From positions 3,908,001 through 3,972,000 of the forward strand of contig NC_086109.1 in assembly GCF_963921235.1 (NCBI RefSeq): DNA of 64,000 nucleotides, in the 5' to 3' direction. This DNA comes from Mobula hypostoma (taxonomy: Eukaryota). Positions 26,938 to 39,269 of this stretch are shown in pieces (the stretch's first letter is position 1; each line of letters opens with the position of its first letter). The notes under the pieces were generated by a model. That model was not told the origin of the DNA and searched no databases. It saw only the letters and a program-made list of their open reading frames with translations. The position numbers were made by a program, and so were the translations under genes.

Positions 26938-28153
26938 GGACTCACACCACCAGGTTCAGGAACAGTTATTACCCCTCAACCACCAGGCACCCGAATCTTC
27001 ACTCATCTCAGCTCGAAACTGATTCCACAACCTACAGGATCACTCTCAAGTACTCTTTACAATTCATATTCTCAATATAATTTATTTTGTTTTTCTTTGC
27101 ATAATGTGTCTTATTTTGCACACTGATTGTTTGTCAGTCTTTGTTTATGTGTATTTTCTTAAATTGTATTGTATTTCTTTATCTTCCTGTAAATGCCTGC
27201 AAGAAAACGAATCTCAAGGCAAATATGCTGACATATATGCATTTTGATACTAAACTCACTTTGTCACACACACAATGTTTCTGTGAAGACTGTTCCAGCC
27301 GTGCTCTGTCCCTGTGACCGCTGATGAAGCAGGCTCTTGTCCATCTGTACTAAGGGGAGGAGCACAGTTGGCACTGAAACAGTTAATGTCAAACAAGGAG
27401 CTGATGAGTTGTCAGTCAGTCATTATCTGTCACTATTCAATGCACATAATGAAGAGCAGATTCGAAGCAAATTCAAATTAGCAAAGTGCTGACAGGGTCT
27501 GACAGAAAATTAAAGCCTTTGCCTTTGACAGCAACAGCCCCCAATCATGACAGTGAATAGGTTGGGATTAGCATTTTCTATTTCCTCCGAGGACAGCATT
27601 AATAAAGAAATAATAGATGGCACTAGGTGCTTTGTATACAATCTTCATTAGAATAGTCAATCAGAATATCTCACACAGAACCTTGTACATTTATTATGTC
27701 AGAACTAATAGTTAATTCCACTAAAATAAAATTGGTGAAGAAAATATTTTTTCAATCAGGTGACAGATGTATATATAAAATTAAAAGGCTGTGTGACAGA
27801 AAAACATGGATTTAACATGTGACTGTAATGATGTTTCCAAGTCACTGAGGGGCTGAGTCTTGTTTGAGATGCCTTTAGCTGAAGGTTTAGTTATTTGCCG
27901 AGATAAAGATTGCCTTTTTTTCGAATGTGCCTCAGGAATTAAATGTGCAAGGAAGTTCCTTTGTGCTTCATTTTCTAAAATCCAGTTTGAGTTTCTCACT
28001 TCTTTGAAGACTGGGCAAATTTTACTTTCTGAAGTAGTAAGAAGTCTGTCGTCAGCCTTATCTGGGAGGCTGGAGATGAAAACATATCAAACGCAGGGTT
28101 TCTATCTCTGGGCTCCGTTCACTCATGGTGAAGGCACACACTCTGGGGAAGTA

Positions 28154-28654
28154 CACCCAGTGGCCACTTCATTAGGTACAGGAGTGGAGCCCGGTGTGAG
28201 CCTCTGCTGCTATTGCCCATTAAAACTTCAAGGCTTGATGTGTTGCATGTTCAGAGATGCTCTTCCGCACACCAGTATTGTAATGTGTGGCTGCTGTCGC
28301 CTTCCTGTCAGGTTGAACCAGTCTGGCCATTCTCATCTTACCTCTCTCATTAACAGGGCATCTTCGTCCACAGAAAAGTTGCTCACTGGATATTTTTTTT
28401 TGATTATCGCACTTTTCTCTGTTGTGCGTGAAAATCTTAGGAGATCAGCAGTTTCTGACATATTCAAATCTCCCTGTGTGGCACTAAAAATCATTTTGTG
28501 GTCAAAGTCACTGAGATCACACTTCTTCCCTGTTCTGATGTTTGATCTGAATGACAGCTGAACCCCCTGACCTATCTGTATGCTTTTATGTATTGAGTTG
28601 TTGCTACATGATTGGTGAACAAGCAGGTGTATGTAATAAAGTGGCCACTAAGTG
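28154..28654. mobile_element. Non-autonomous Tc1-like element
   Basis: TA|CACCCAGTGGCCACTTCATTA ... TAATAAAGTGGCCACTAAGTG|TA. A second copy at ~51425-52350 is interrupted by a CR1 fragment (~51770-52250, -). Confidence 0.8.
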
Positions 28655-30807
28655 TATTTCAAACGTAAATGCCTGTTTCTCAAATACTTTCCTTCCCTCA
28701 CCTGCAGCTGGTAACACTGTAGCGTAGTGGGTAGGGTACAGCTATTACTGCAGCAGCGACCCAGGTTCAATTCCCGCCGCTGTCTGTAAGGCGTTTGTTT
28801 GTGTGAGTTCCCTGTGACCACGTGGGCTTGCTCCAGTTTCCTCCCACATTCCAAAGCTGTACAGGTTAGGGTTAGTGAGCTGTGGGCACGACACACTGGC
28901 GCTGGAAGCGGGCTGCCCAGCACGATCCTCACTGATCTGATTTAATGCAAACCGCACCGTTCACTGTATGTTTAAGGATCAAAATCAGAACCAGGTTTAA
29001 TTTCACGGGTATATGTCGTGCAATTTGTTAACTTTGCAGCAGCAATACTTGATAAATAAACAAAAAAACTGAATTACAGTCAGCATAAATATGTATATTA
29101 AATAGTTAAATTAAGATAAGTAGTGAAAAAAACAGATATTAAAAAATAAGAAGTGAGGTAGTGCTCGTGGGTTCAGTGTCCGTTTAGAAATCAGATGGCA
29201 GAGGGGGAGAAGCTGTTCCCGAATCACTGATTACATGCCTTCAGGCTTCTGTACCTCCATCTTGATGGTCACAATGAGAAGATGTATGTCCTGGGTAGTC
29301 GGGCTCCTTGATGACGGAAGCCGCTTTTCTGAGGCTCAGCCCCTTGGATACAGCGGAGTCTAGTAGCCATGATGGAGCGGACTGAGCTTACAGCTCTCCA
29401 CAGCTTGCTACGATTCTGTGCAGTAGCTGCACCCCCCCACCTCCATCCCCATGCCAGATGGTGATGCAGCCAGTCAGAATGCTCTCCATGGCCCACCTGT
29501 AGAAGTTTTCCACATGCTTGTGACAAAGAAAGTTAATCTTTATCTTGGGCCTTATTCAGCAACCTAGCAGGCGATTCTCTCTCTCTCACTGAGGAACTGA
29601 CTGGGTTCTCCACAGGAACAGGCAGAGACCATTCACTCTCTCTAGTCTATTCTGCCTTTCCTTACAAGTACTTTGGCTGATGAGGTCTGTCAACGAGAGA
29701 CCCAATATCAACCACAGCTCTATGTTTCCGTCTGCATATCTCAGTCAAGCCTTGCTTTTGGTTTATCCTGCCCCTCCTGCTTTGTGCAGGATGAGAACAT
29801 CAGTAAATATAGACACGTGTATGTGACAAAATCTTAATGAATGAACTTTTCACTGCAATAACCTAAATGTGTATTTTTGACATTTCTGAAATTGGCTCAT
29901 TTTAATTTATTGAACATTATCAGGTGTTATTTGCTTTCCTGTGACTTAAACAGCAGGAAGGACAGTTCCTTTAATGAAGTGACAGCTATTTCAATCAGCT
30001 TTGCTTGGATTTCCGCAGTTTCCTGTCACCCTTTTGACACTGTCCTCTCTCTACTGACTCATTGTGATGCTCAGTAAATGTAAAATTATATTGGTTTTTT
30101 AAAGGGAAATTATTATTGCTTTGAAAATCTGTTTTTAAAATCTTTGTTCCTTTACTAGACAAGATGGGCAATGGGAAACAGATTACAGTGTAGCGTTTGG
30201 ATGAAATTGATGTTGATGCAGACCACACTCACCAAATAAAAGAAATTGTCTAAAGTAATTTTGATGAAAGCTTTACCTTACATACTTGTCTGGAGATCAT
30301 AGATCATTGCACATGTCCCTGTAATATTATAGATCATAGATAATATCATAGGTCATTGTAATGATAAATTGTAGTATCATCGATCATTGTATACGTCTCT
30401 GTAATATTCACCAGCAGCCTGCCAGCTTCCTGACGCTAACTCTTTGATTTAGCTCAGAATTCCCAGTTATGGTTTACATTGGCATTCCGAGATTGGACAA
30501 ACAAGGAACCAGAGCATTGGAGAGCAGGGAAACGGTTTCTTCAGCCGTTGGGCCAAATCCTATTTTATTTTAGAGCAGCATGGTAGCATAGCAACTCAAA
30601 GTTCAAAGTAAATTTGTTATCAAGGTACATATGTGTCACCATGTACAACCCTGAGATTCATTTTCTTGTGGGCATTCACAGCGTATACAGGGAACACAAA
30701 AGGAGCAATGAGAAACCACACCCAGCAGGATGGACAAACAGCCGATGTGGAAAAGACAATTCCCTGTGCAAATACAAAAATTTGAAAGGAAATACCCGTA
30801 ATAGTTA

Positions 30808-31401
30808 CAGTAGTAGTAGTAGGCAGCTGTCAATCCCAGGGGATTATGGGTTTGTGTCTCTGGTGGACTGTGTCCTCTCCAGGGCACAAGCCTGGGCAGG
30901 AAGGTTGTTGCCCATACAGCGGGTTCCCCCTCTTCACGTCACTGATGTAGTCCAAGGGAAGGGCAAGCACCAATACAGCTTGGCACCAGTGTTGTCACAG
31001 AGGGCGCCAGAATGAAGTCGTAAACAACATCAAACTGCCTTTGGGACCCCGGCTCCGGATTTCTTCCTCGGCATTTACTCCAGAAGCTTTTCCCGTGGGT
31101 GGGTATAGCCACAAGGCAGCGGAGGTTTAAAATCAGAGTTTTCCTTCTCCTAGGTGGGCTGCCATCCGAGGTTGATGAGCCCCACGGGTCCAAAGCAACT
31201 GGTTTTGAGGCACCAGATCTGCCTTTGCCCCTTCTCTTGTCAGTAGAAACAGTTCCACCAGGCCTAGTAGCTAAGCAACACGTGAAAGCCAAGAGCTGGA
31301 CTTGGTTGTCAAAGGCTGTTGAAGATGCACGCCATTTGGAACACTTCATAGGTAGTGCGAGCTTATCCCTACTACCACCCGTGGCTGTGACAACGTTAGG
31401 A
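30808..31401 (-). mobile_element. RTE(BovB-like)-derived non-autonomous element
   Basis: (CTA)n 3' tail on minus strand at ~30809-30823; GGCAGCCCACCTAGGAGAAGGAAAACTCTGA resembles RTE 5' UTR sequence; imperfect TSD (11/14) at 30794-30807 / 31402-31415. Confidence 0.55.
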
Positions 31402-31436
31402 ACCTGTAATGGTAATAGTAATAAAAATATAATAAT

Positions 31437-31885
31437 AAAATACAAACTCATTAAAGACACCATACTTGCCTGATCCAGTTTTAGAGTTAGAGTCCTACAA
31501 ATGATATTATGACAGATCTGTTATTACAGATACGACAATCCATAATAACTCTGGATATAATATTACAGGATTAGCAAGCAATATAGCCAGTCCAAACACA
31601 CAATATACAGAAATCAATAAGTGAAATGTGCTGAATTAAAAGAGGAAATTGAAAGACTATGGAACATGATCAGGGTATACATTGTCCCAATAGTAATATC
31701 TACAACTGGTGTCATCCCAAAGGCACTACACAATAACATTGAACAACTAGACCTACACAGTAATATTTATAAAAATCTCCAGAAAGCCACAATACTAAAC
31801 ACCACTAGAATAGTCTGAAAGTTCCTAGCAATTGAGAAATGAGTGTGCTTGGCTCTACCTGCAGCTCAGGTTTTACCAGCTTCAG
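31437..31885 (+). mobile_element. R4/Dong-like (restriction-like endonuclease) retrotransposon 3' remnant
   Basis: YYDRSVITDTTIHNN..DIILQD..., KCAELKEEIERLWNMIRVYIVPIVISTTGVIPKAL...LQKATILNTTRIV*KFL. Confidence 0.7.
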
Positions 31886-32519
31886 TAATTAATAAGCAAT
31901 AAATATCAAGAATATGAGGTGAGCACACGGTTAGCTTAACGCCTTACAGCACCAGCCGTAAGATTGGGGTTCGATTCCCACCGTTGTCTGTAAAGAATTT
32001 GTATGTTCTCCCTGTGACTGTCTGGGTGCTCTGGGTTCCTCCCACATTCCAAAGGTGCACGGGTTAGGGTTACTGAGCTGTGGGCATACTATGCTTTCAC
32101 TGGAATTATGGTGAAGAGACCCCAGTCAAGATGGCACCAGCGTACAACACTCCCTCAGTCGACATCTTCCAGATAGTTCATGAAAATATTCTTTTTACTT
32201 CTTTTACCTCTGTTTTTCATATGAATGACTTTCATATTTTTTTTTTGTGGCTGTCTGGAAAATACAAATTTCAAGTTGTGTATAGACCTTTGATAAGCTT
32301 GGCCCCCAGCATAATCCTCACTGATTTAATTTGATGTAAACTGCATATTTCACTGTATATTTTGATGTCCATGTGACAAATAAAGCCAATCTTCTTCATC
32401 TTCTAATCTTCTTCCCACTGACAGCGCCAGAGGTCAGGATTGAATCTGGGTCATAGAAACCAGGAGACAGTAACTTACTAGCTACATCACCGTGTCTCCT
32501 GGCTTCAACACATTTGCAG

Positions 32520-33070
32520 CTCATAAACCTTTGGTTGGACCACACTCAGACTATTGTGCTCAGTTCTGGTTGCCTCATCGTAGGAAGGATGTGGAAGCTT
32601 TAGAGAGGGTGCAGAGGAAATTTGCCAGAATTAGAGAGCATGTCTTGTGAGGATGGTTGAACAAGCTAAGGCTTGTTTCTTTGGAACAATAGAGGATGAG
32701 GGGTGACTTGATAGAGGTGTGAAGATGTATACCCATGTGGACAGCCAGAGATTGCTTCCCAGGGTGGAGATAGCTAATATGGGAGGACATCTGTTTAGAG
32801 TGAGTTGAAGACAGTTTAGGGGAGATGTCAGAGGTAGGTATTTTACTGAAGGAGTGCTAAATAGCTGGAATGTATTGCTGGGCGTGGTTGTGGAGATTCA
32901 TACATTAGGGACATTAAGAGACTCTTAGATCGTACATGGATGCAAGGACAATGGAGGGTTATGGTCTATGTGGGAGGGAAGAGTTAGACTGTTTGTAGAG
33001 TAGGTTCGAAGGTCAGCACAACATCGTGGGCTGAAGGGCCTGTACTGTGCTGTACTGTTCTATGTTCTAT
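32520..33070 (+). mobile_element. CR1-like LINE 3' fragment
   Basis: CR1 RT C-terminal sequence; tail (TGTTCTA)n. Confidence 0.8.
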
Positions 33071-33519
33071 AACACCTTCAATCACTCCCCAGACACCTTC
33101 CTGGACCATGACCAGGGGTGCCCCATGCTCTGCAACTGCCAGGGTTGTAAAGACCTGGATCATCCTTTGTAGAATCAAAGTTTGAGCTTTGAACAGACTG
33201 TAGATTTGTTCCCTCACTTTAACACTTCACACACTAAATCACAGAACTGAAAGGATACCATTGCAACATACTTTCCCAGCTGACCAGGGCTTGGGAGAGT
33301 TGCACCCATCTTCTCCAGTGCATAAATGCATGAGCATGGTATTTATCAAAAGCTGTTGTTGCTGTTTTAGTGGATGTGTGTGTCAGAGGATTCTGAGTGT
33401 CAGTTGCACCCTCGGGCAGCTTCACACGGGCTGAAGGATGCACAGTACCTGACGTGGAAACTCCAGGAAAGATGTGAGACAAAAGGTTACTTGCCTCCCA
33501 ACCATCGAGAGACTATACA

Positions 33520-34420
33520 ACCTGAAGTGCTTAAGGAGAGCTGATCTGCCTGAAGAATTGCCGGCCATCTTTTATCAGTGTGTAATGGAGAGCATACTGA
33601 CATACAGAATGACAGTGTGGTACTCTCGCTGCAGCAAGGCAGATCACAAAGCACAGGTGATTGGGAACGCTCAGCACATCATTGCGACTCAACTACCAGA
33701 CCTGGAGACAACCTACAACACTCAACATCTACAGCGCATTTGTAAAGACCCGTCCCATCCTGGACACTGTCTGTTCAATCTCTGGTCATCTGGTAGGAAG
33801 TACAGAAACATTTTGCCAAGACAGTAAGAGTGAAAAACAGCTTCTTCCCGAGGTCTGTCATGCAGCTGAATAATACTACGCCCCTGCTTGCCAATGGCCT
33901 TTGAGTGTTATGGACTATCAAAGTCACTTGTTGCATGTAAAGGTGGGAATCTGTTTTTAATTAAGCCGTACCGCGTGCATTGTAAGTATCTGTTTTGCAC
34001 AGACTGGAGCAGCACCGCAGTCTCGTTGTCCAGGGCAACAACAATAAAGTTCTGTTCTATTCTATTCTATCGAGGACATGTACAAAGGGTGGTGCCTCAG
34101 GAAGGCAGCATCCATCATTAAGGACCCTCACCGTCCAGCACATGCCCTCTCTTATTCCTTACATCAGAGAGGAAGTACAGGAGACTGAAAACACACAGTC
34201 AATGTTTTAGGAACAGCTTCTTCCCCACTCCCATCAACACTCTGAATAGTCCATGAATGCTACCTCGCTATTTGCTCGCTTTGTATGCTGTTTATTTATT
34301 TTCTGTATATGTCTTATTGTAACTTGCTGTAATGTTTTTATGTCTTACACTGTACTGCTGCTGCAAAACAACAAATTTAATGACATCAGTGATAATAAAC
34401 CTGATTCTGATTCTGATCTA
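33520..34420 (+). mobile_element. Two Rex1/Babar-like 3' fragments
   Basis: FYQCVMESILTY...KDPSHPGHCLF; tails ttctattctattct and cctgattctgattctgat. Confidence 0.7.
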
Positions 34421-35263
34421 CAACAAGATCTGGTTACAATGCAAAAAGCCAGTTGCCAAACACGTTTCAGCAGAGAAGTGTGCCGTGCAGCCACAGAGTG
34501 GTACAGCACAGGAACTGGCCCTTCGGCCCCTCATCCCTGCTGTCTATTCTGTGCCTTTACACTAATCCCATTTACCTACATTAGGAGCATATGCCTTGCC
34601 TATTTGTGTCTGTCTAAATGCCTGTCTGAAAAAAGTTACACATAGTGATTGTAACTTATTCCATCATCTTCTCTGGCAGTGAGTCTTAGATATCAATTCC
34701 TCTCTGTGAAAAATAAAAATGTTCCCCTCTACTGCTTCCCTGGAAAACAAATTCCATGGATTCACTGCAGTCAGGAAAAAACAATTCCTCTTCATCTACG
34801 ATCTACTTTAAAGTTCATTCCTTTCAGCTTAATCTTTTGCCCTCTTGTTTTCAATGCCTCTACCATGGGAGGAAGTTTTGGCCTACCTGGCCCATCAACG
34901 ACTCTCAATTGTACACCTCTTTCAAGCTATCTCTCAACATCCTCGCTCCAGGGACAACACGCTAATTTCTCTCCAAAGTTCTTGAATCCAGGCAACCTCC
35001 TCAGAACCCTGGTGAGGATCCACTCCACCTACATCCCGTCTGTAGTGTGCTGTCTCGAACAGCACAAGTGTGGTTTAACCAGTGTGTTGTATGGTTGCAG
35101 AGTGACTTGGCAGAGTTGCCTAGAGGCTGAGCATCTGCCAACATCCAAGATCTACACAGACGGGGTTGGGGGAGGGGATACGTTTGATTGAAGTGATTGT
35201 TTTTGTTGTGTTATGGAGGCTTCAGTCTAGACTCTATGAATCAACCTTTCAATCACTTTACAG

Positions 35264-35363
35264 GTATCTGATCGATCAGTTGTTGCGTTGGTTCCCAAAC
35301 AGACCTCTTCTTACAACGTTCCAACCACAACCACCATGTGCCGGACATCCATTAGTCGCTACG
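35264..35363 (+). CDS. PLXNA2: Plexin-A2 coding exon (5 of 10)
   Basis: ttacag|GTA TCT GAT...TAC G|gtaagt; 100 bp; [33 protein letters not shown]; phases fit both neighbours. Confidence 0.93.
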
Positions 35364-35584
35364 GTAAGTTCAGATACCCTTCCCCCTCCCCCTCCCCTCC
35401 CTCTCCCCCTCCCTCTCTCTCTCCTTCTCCCCTCCCCCTGCCCCCCATGGTTACAGTGTTTTGTTGAATTCTCTTGCCATTCTTTCTCAGTAGGGTGCCC
35501 AGGAACCCTTCTGTTCAATCACTGTGGACATTGTCCTGAGCAGGACCGTGATGTTGCAGAGTTATCTGAACAAGTTATAGAGAA

Positions 35585-35845
35585 AGCAACACGCACAAAA
35601 TGCTGGAGGAACTCAGCAGGTCAGGCAGCATCTGTGGAAAAGAGATGCTTCGGGCCGAGACCCTTCCTCAGGTCTGGGAAGGAAGGGGTTTGTCTCCCCT
35701 GAAGAAGTTTAAATCTTCCCTTCGAGAGTCCTCTTCCTTTCCAGTTCTGAAGAAGGGTTTTGGCCCAAAATGTCAACTGTTTACTCATTTCCGTAGATGC
35801 TGCCTGGCCTGTTGAGTTCCTCCAGCATTATGTGGGTGTTGCACC
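35585..35845. mobile_element. Fold-back Penelope-derived element with two degraded hammerhead motifs
   Basis: AATGCTGGAGGAACTCAGCAGG ... CCTGTTGAGTTCCTCCAGCATT; CAGTT-CTGAAGA-AGGG..CCC-AAAA-TG-TC-AACTG. Confidence 0.7.
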
Positions 35846-36039
35846 ATTGGCAGATTTTCTCAAGTTACAGAGAGGCTGGTCAGCCTGGAGTAGGGTTTTA
35901 CAGCCCAATGCAAACCTCAGCGAGGGAGGTCTTCAACCATCCAGAGGCTCTCCGTTTTCCACGACTGCCTCAACGTGTGTACTGGGCTTGTGAGTCAGGA
36001 GGACCTTTCCTCGTCTATCTAAGAGCAGGGAGGTTATGC

Positions 36040-36545
36040 TGCAACGATACTAGATACTGGTGAGGCCCCACCATTACCTGGGAAAAGATATACTGGCTTT
36101 GGAGGTGTTGAAGGGGATGTTCACTAGGTTGATTCCAGAGATGGTGGGGGGTGGGGGGGTGGTGTTGTCGGTAGCCTACGACAAGAGATTGAATTACCTG
36201 GGACTATACTCACCAAAATTCAGAGCAAGCCAGGATCTTATACAAATATATGAAAGGGATAGATCAGATGGAGACGGGAAAGTTGTTCCCACTGGTAAGT
36301 GAGATTAGAACTAAGGGACATAGTCTGGAAATTTGGGGGAATAAATGTAGGACAGAGATGAGGAGAAATGTTTTTTCCCAGAGAGTAGTGAATCTGTGGA
36401 ACTCTCTGCCTAGGGACACAGCACAATAGAAGCCACCTCATTAAACATAATTAACACAAGGTCCGATAGATATTTGCACGTTATGGGAATTGAGGGTTTT
36501 TGAGGAAATGGTAGGGAGGTGGAACTGAGTCCACAGCCAGTTGAT
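36040..36545 (+). mobile_element. CR1-like LINE 3' fragment
   Basis: MFTRLIPEM...RLNYLGLYS; AGAGTAGTGAATCTGTGGAACTCTCTGCC. Confidence 0.75.
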
Positions 36546-36816
36546 GCAGGTACAGACACACCCAGCAAGACACCAGGCAAGGTCATTAGATTCCAAACAA
36601 TTGGTTTATTGGTCATTACAGAATATCTCTCTGGTGCTTCCTATTCCCTCCCTTCTCCCTTTGCCTTTCCCAACCATGATTCCCCTCTCCCTGCCCCTAT
36701 CCACTCTCAGTCCACAATAGAGACCCATATCAGAATCAGATTTATCATCACCCACATAGGTCATGAAATTTGTTTTTTTTTGTGGCAGCAGTAGAGTGCA
36801 ATACATAAAATTACTA

Positions 36817-36881
36817 CAGGACTGTGCAAAAGTCTTAGGCACCCGAGCTATAGATGTGTCTGACACTTTTGTGCTGTACTC
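36817..36881. mobile_element. ~65-bp Tc1-type mini inverted-repeat element
   Basis: TA|CAGGACTGTGCAAAAGTCTTAGGCAC...GTGTCTGACACTTTTGTGCTGTAC (imperfect inverted repeat). Confidence 0.55.
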
Positions 36882-36941
36882 TCAGGATTGATACAATGTG
36901 CTGTGAAACTGGACATGTTTATTGCTGGGTGACTGGTCTAA

Positions 36942-37157
<216 letters not shown>

Positions 37158-37499
37158 TGATCCAGCGGGATGGTGAGCTTAGACTGCTGGGGACAGGCAT
37201 GAAGCAGGGAGGGAGATGAGAGATGGAGGAATACTGTTGTTCCGAATCTGAATCACATCAGAATTCTGATGACTGGCCTGTCTGCTGTGGAGCTTACTTG
37301 CTCTTTAATCTGTGACAGCATCTACAGTTTTGACAGGCCACAGTAACTGTTCACATCTGCTGTGCGACCCGCAACACAGGGGAAGGCCCATGGAGGTTGG
37401 TGTCAGTTCCCAGTAATCTCTCCTTCCCTGTGGAGTAGGATCCTGTTAATGCCACGTCTTCAGGTACTGACACTGTGGGTGTGTCTTACCTCCAGGAAA

Positions 37500-38300
37500 T
37501 TCCATCCCTAACATCCAACTCTCTGTCCCTCACTCACCCACTCCTCTATCCCTCCCCACCTCCCCTCCCACTCCACCCTCTCCCTCACTCTTGTCTCCTC
37601 AATCCCCCTTCCCCTCCACCCTCCATCCACCCCTCCTCTCCCCTCAACCCTCACCTTCCCCTACTCTCCCCTCCTTCTCTCCCTCACCCTTCTCTCCCTA
37701 CCCACTCTCCTCCCCCTCTCCTCTCCCCTTACCCCTCACTCTTCTCTCCCCACTCCTCCTCCCTCTCCTCTCCAATGTTCCCTCTAATTTGTAAAGAGAC
37801 CAGTGCGCGCAAAAATCTTGTGCTGTGCAATTTTTTTGCCCAGTGACAACAACATGTGCGCACTGAAAAATTTCTTCAATAGAAGTAGTATAAACAAACC
37901 AGTTCTAAAATCTGCAGACAAATTATCACAAACTCCATGTTGTCAACACTGTCCGCATCAGAAATCGGGAAAGGAAATGCGATTGTGTATGATCATGAAA
38001 TATACTTAACATGCCAATGAATTAGAGGGTGACAACCTTTTGTGCCCAGTTTAAATTCTTTTGTGCAGGAGTAGCAAAAGGTATGCACGTGCACACACAC
38101 ACACACACACACACCTTAGAGGGAATATGCTTCTATCTCTTCCTCACTCTTCCAGGCCCTCCACCTCCCTCTCCTCTCCCCGCCCCCTCCCCATCTTCCC
38201 CTTCCCCTTCCCTCTATCACCACTCCCCTGTCTCCCTTACCATTCCCTCTCCCCATTTCCCCCTTCCCCTTTCCCTCACCCTCACTCCCCCTCTCCTCCT
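37500..38300 (+). repeat. C/T-rich low-complexity tract split by a hAT-like MITE
   Basis: Near-pure pyrimidine runs at 37500-37772 and 38130-38300. Confidence 0.85.
37773..38129. mobile_element. hAT-like MITE containing a (CA)n tract
   Basis: TIRs CAATGTTCCCTCTAA / TTAGAGGGAATATG; 8-bp flanks CTCCTCTC vs CTTCTATC (6/8); (CA)n at ~38092-38114. Confidence 0.7.
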
Positions 38301-38972
38301 GGGCAGGAATCGAGGGGCTGCACTGAGCCAAGGGCTGGGGGGTAATTTATGGCTCCAGGTGGGGTGGGGGGTGATAGAAGCAGGTGGAAGATGGAGGGGT
38401 GAGGTGGGAGTTGGGTTCAGACAGATAACAAAGGGGCAGGTATTTCTCGGGGTGGGGGAGGCTGCAGACATGGTTTTGACAACAAAGTTGGATGAGTAAC
38501 GTTTGTGATAAATGGAAGAGCAGGTTGACAGGCCGTGCTGCTGTTCTGATGTTTTAAAGATTAAAGATGTTAAGGAGGAGCTTTATTTGCCCACGTACGT
38601 TGAAACACGCACTGAAATGTTCTGTTTTACATCAACGACCACCACAGTCCGAGGATGTGCTGGGGGCAGCCTACAAGTGGCGCCATGTTTCTGGCACCAA
38701 CATAGCACGCCCACAACTCACTAACCGTAACCTGTGGGTTTTTGGAATGTGGGAGGAACCCAGAGGAAACCCACGCTGTCACAGGGAGAAGATACCAAAC
38801 TCCTTACCGACAGCAGCAACATTTGAACACCAGTTGCTTATCACTGGCACTGTAAAGTGTACACTAACTGCTATACCGCTATGCCACCACCCCCCCACCC
38901 TCTGTGCATTAGCTCTGTGGCTCACTGCGTTACCCATTGCACTATCCTGGAGGTGAAGTCCCCAAGGACTGA

Positions 38973-39170
<198 letters not shown>

Positions 39171-39269
39171 TAGGTGAAATGTTTGGCCGAGGGGCACTCT
39201 GATAACGCGATGCTCCCACCATCCAAAACTCCTCACAATACTCCAAGTGCAGTCTAACCAATGGCTTAA

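Noticed and set aside
27860..28561. 233-aa ORF
   Set aside because: Non-ATG start, runs through a Tc1-like non-autonomous element, no recognisable protein
30292..30410. Short degenerate GATCAT-containing tandem repeat
   Set aside because: Appears to be simple local slippage; no functional evidence
35166..35702. 178-aa proline-rich ORF overlapping the 35264 exon
   Set aside because: Alternative frame running through a C-rich tract and a TE; only the 100-bp spliced exon is supported
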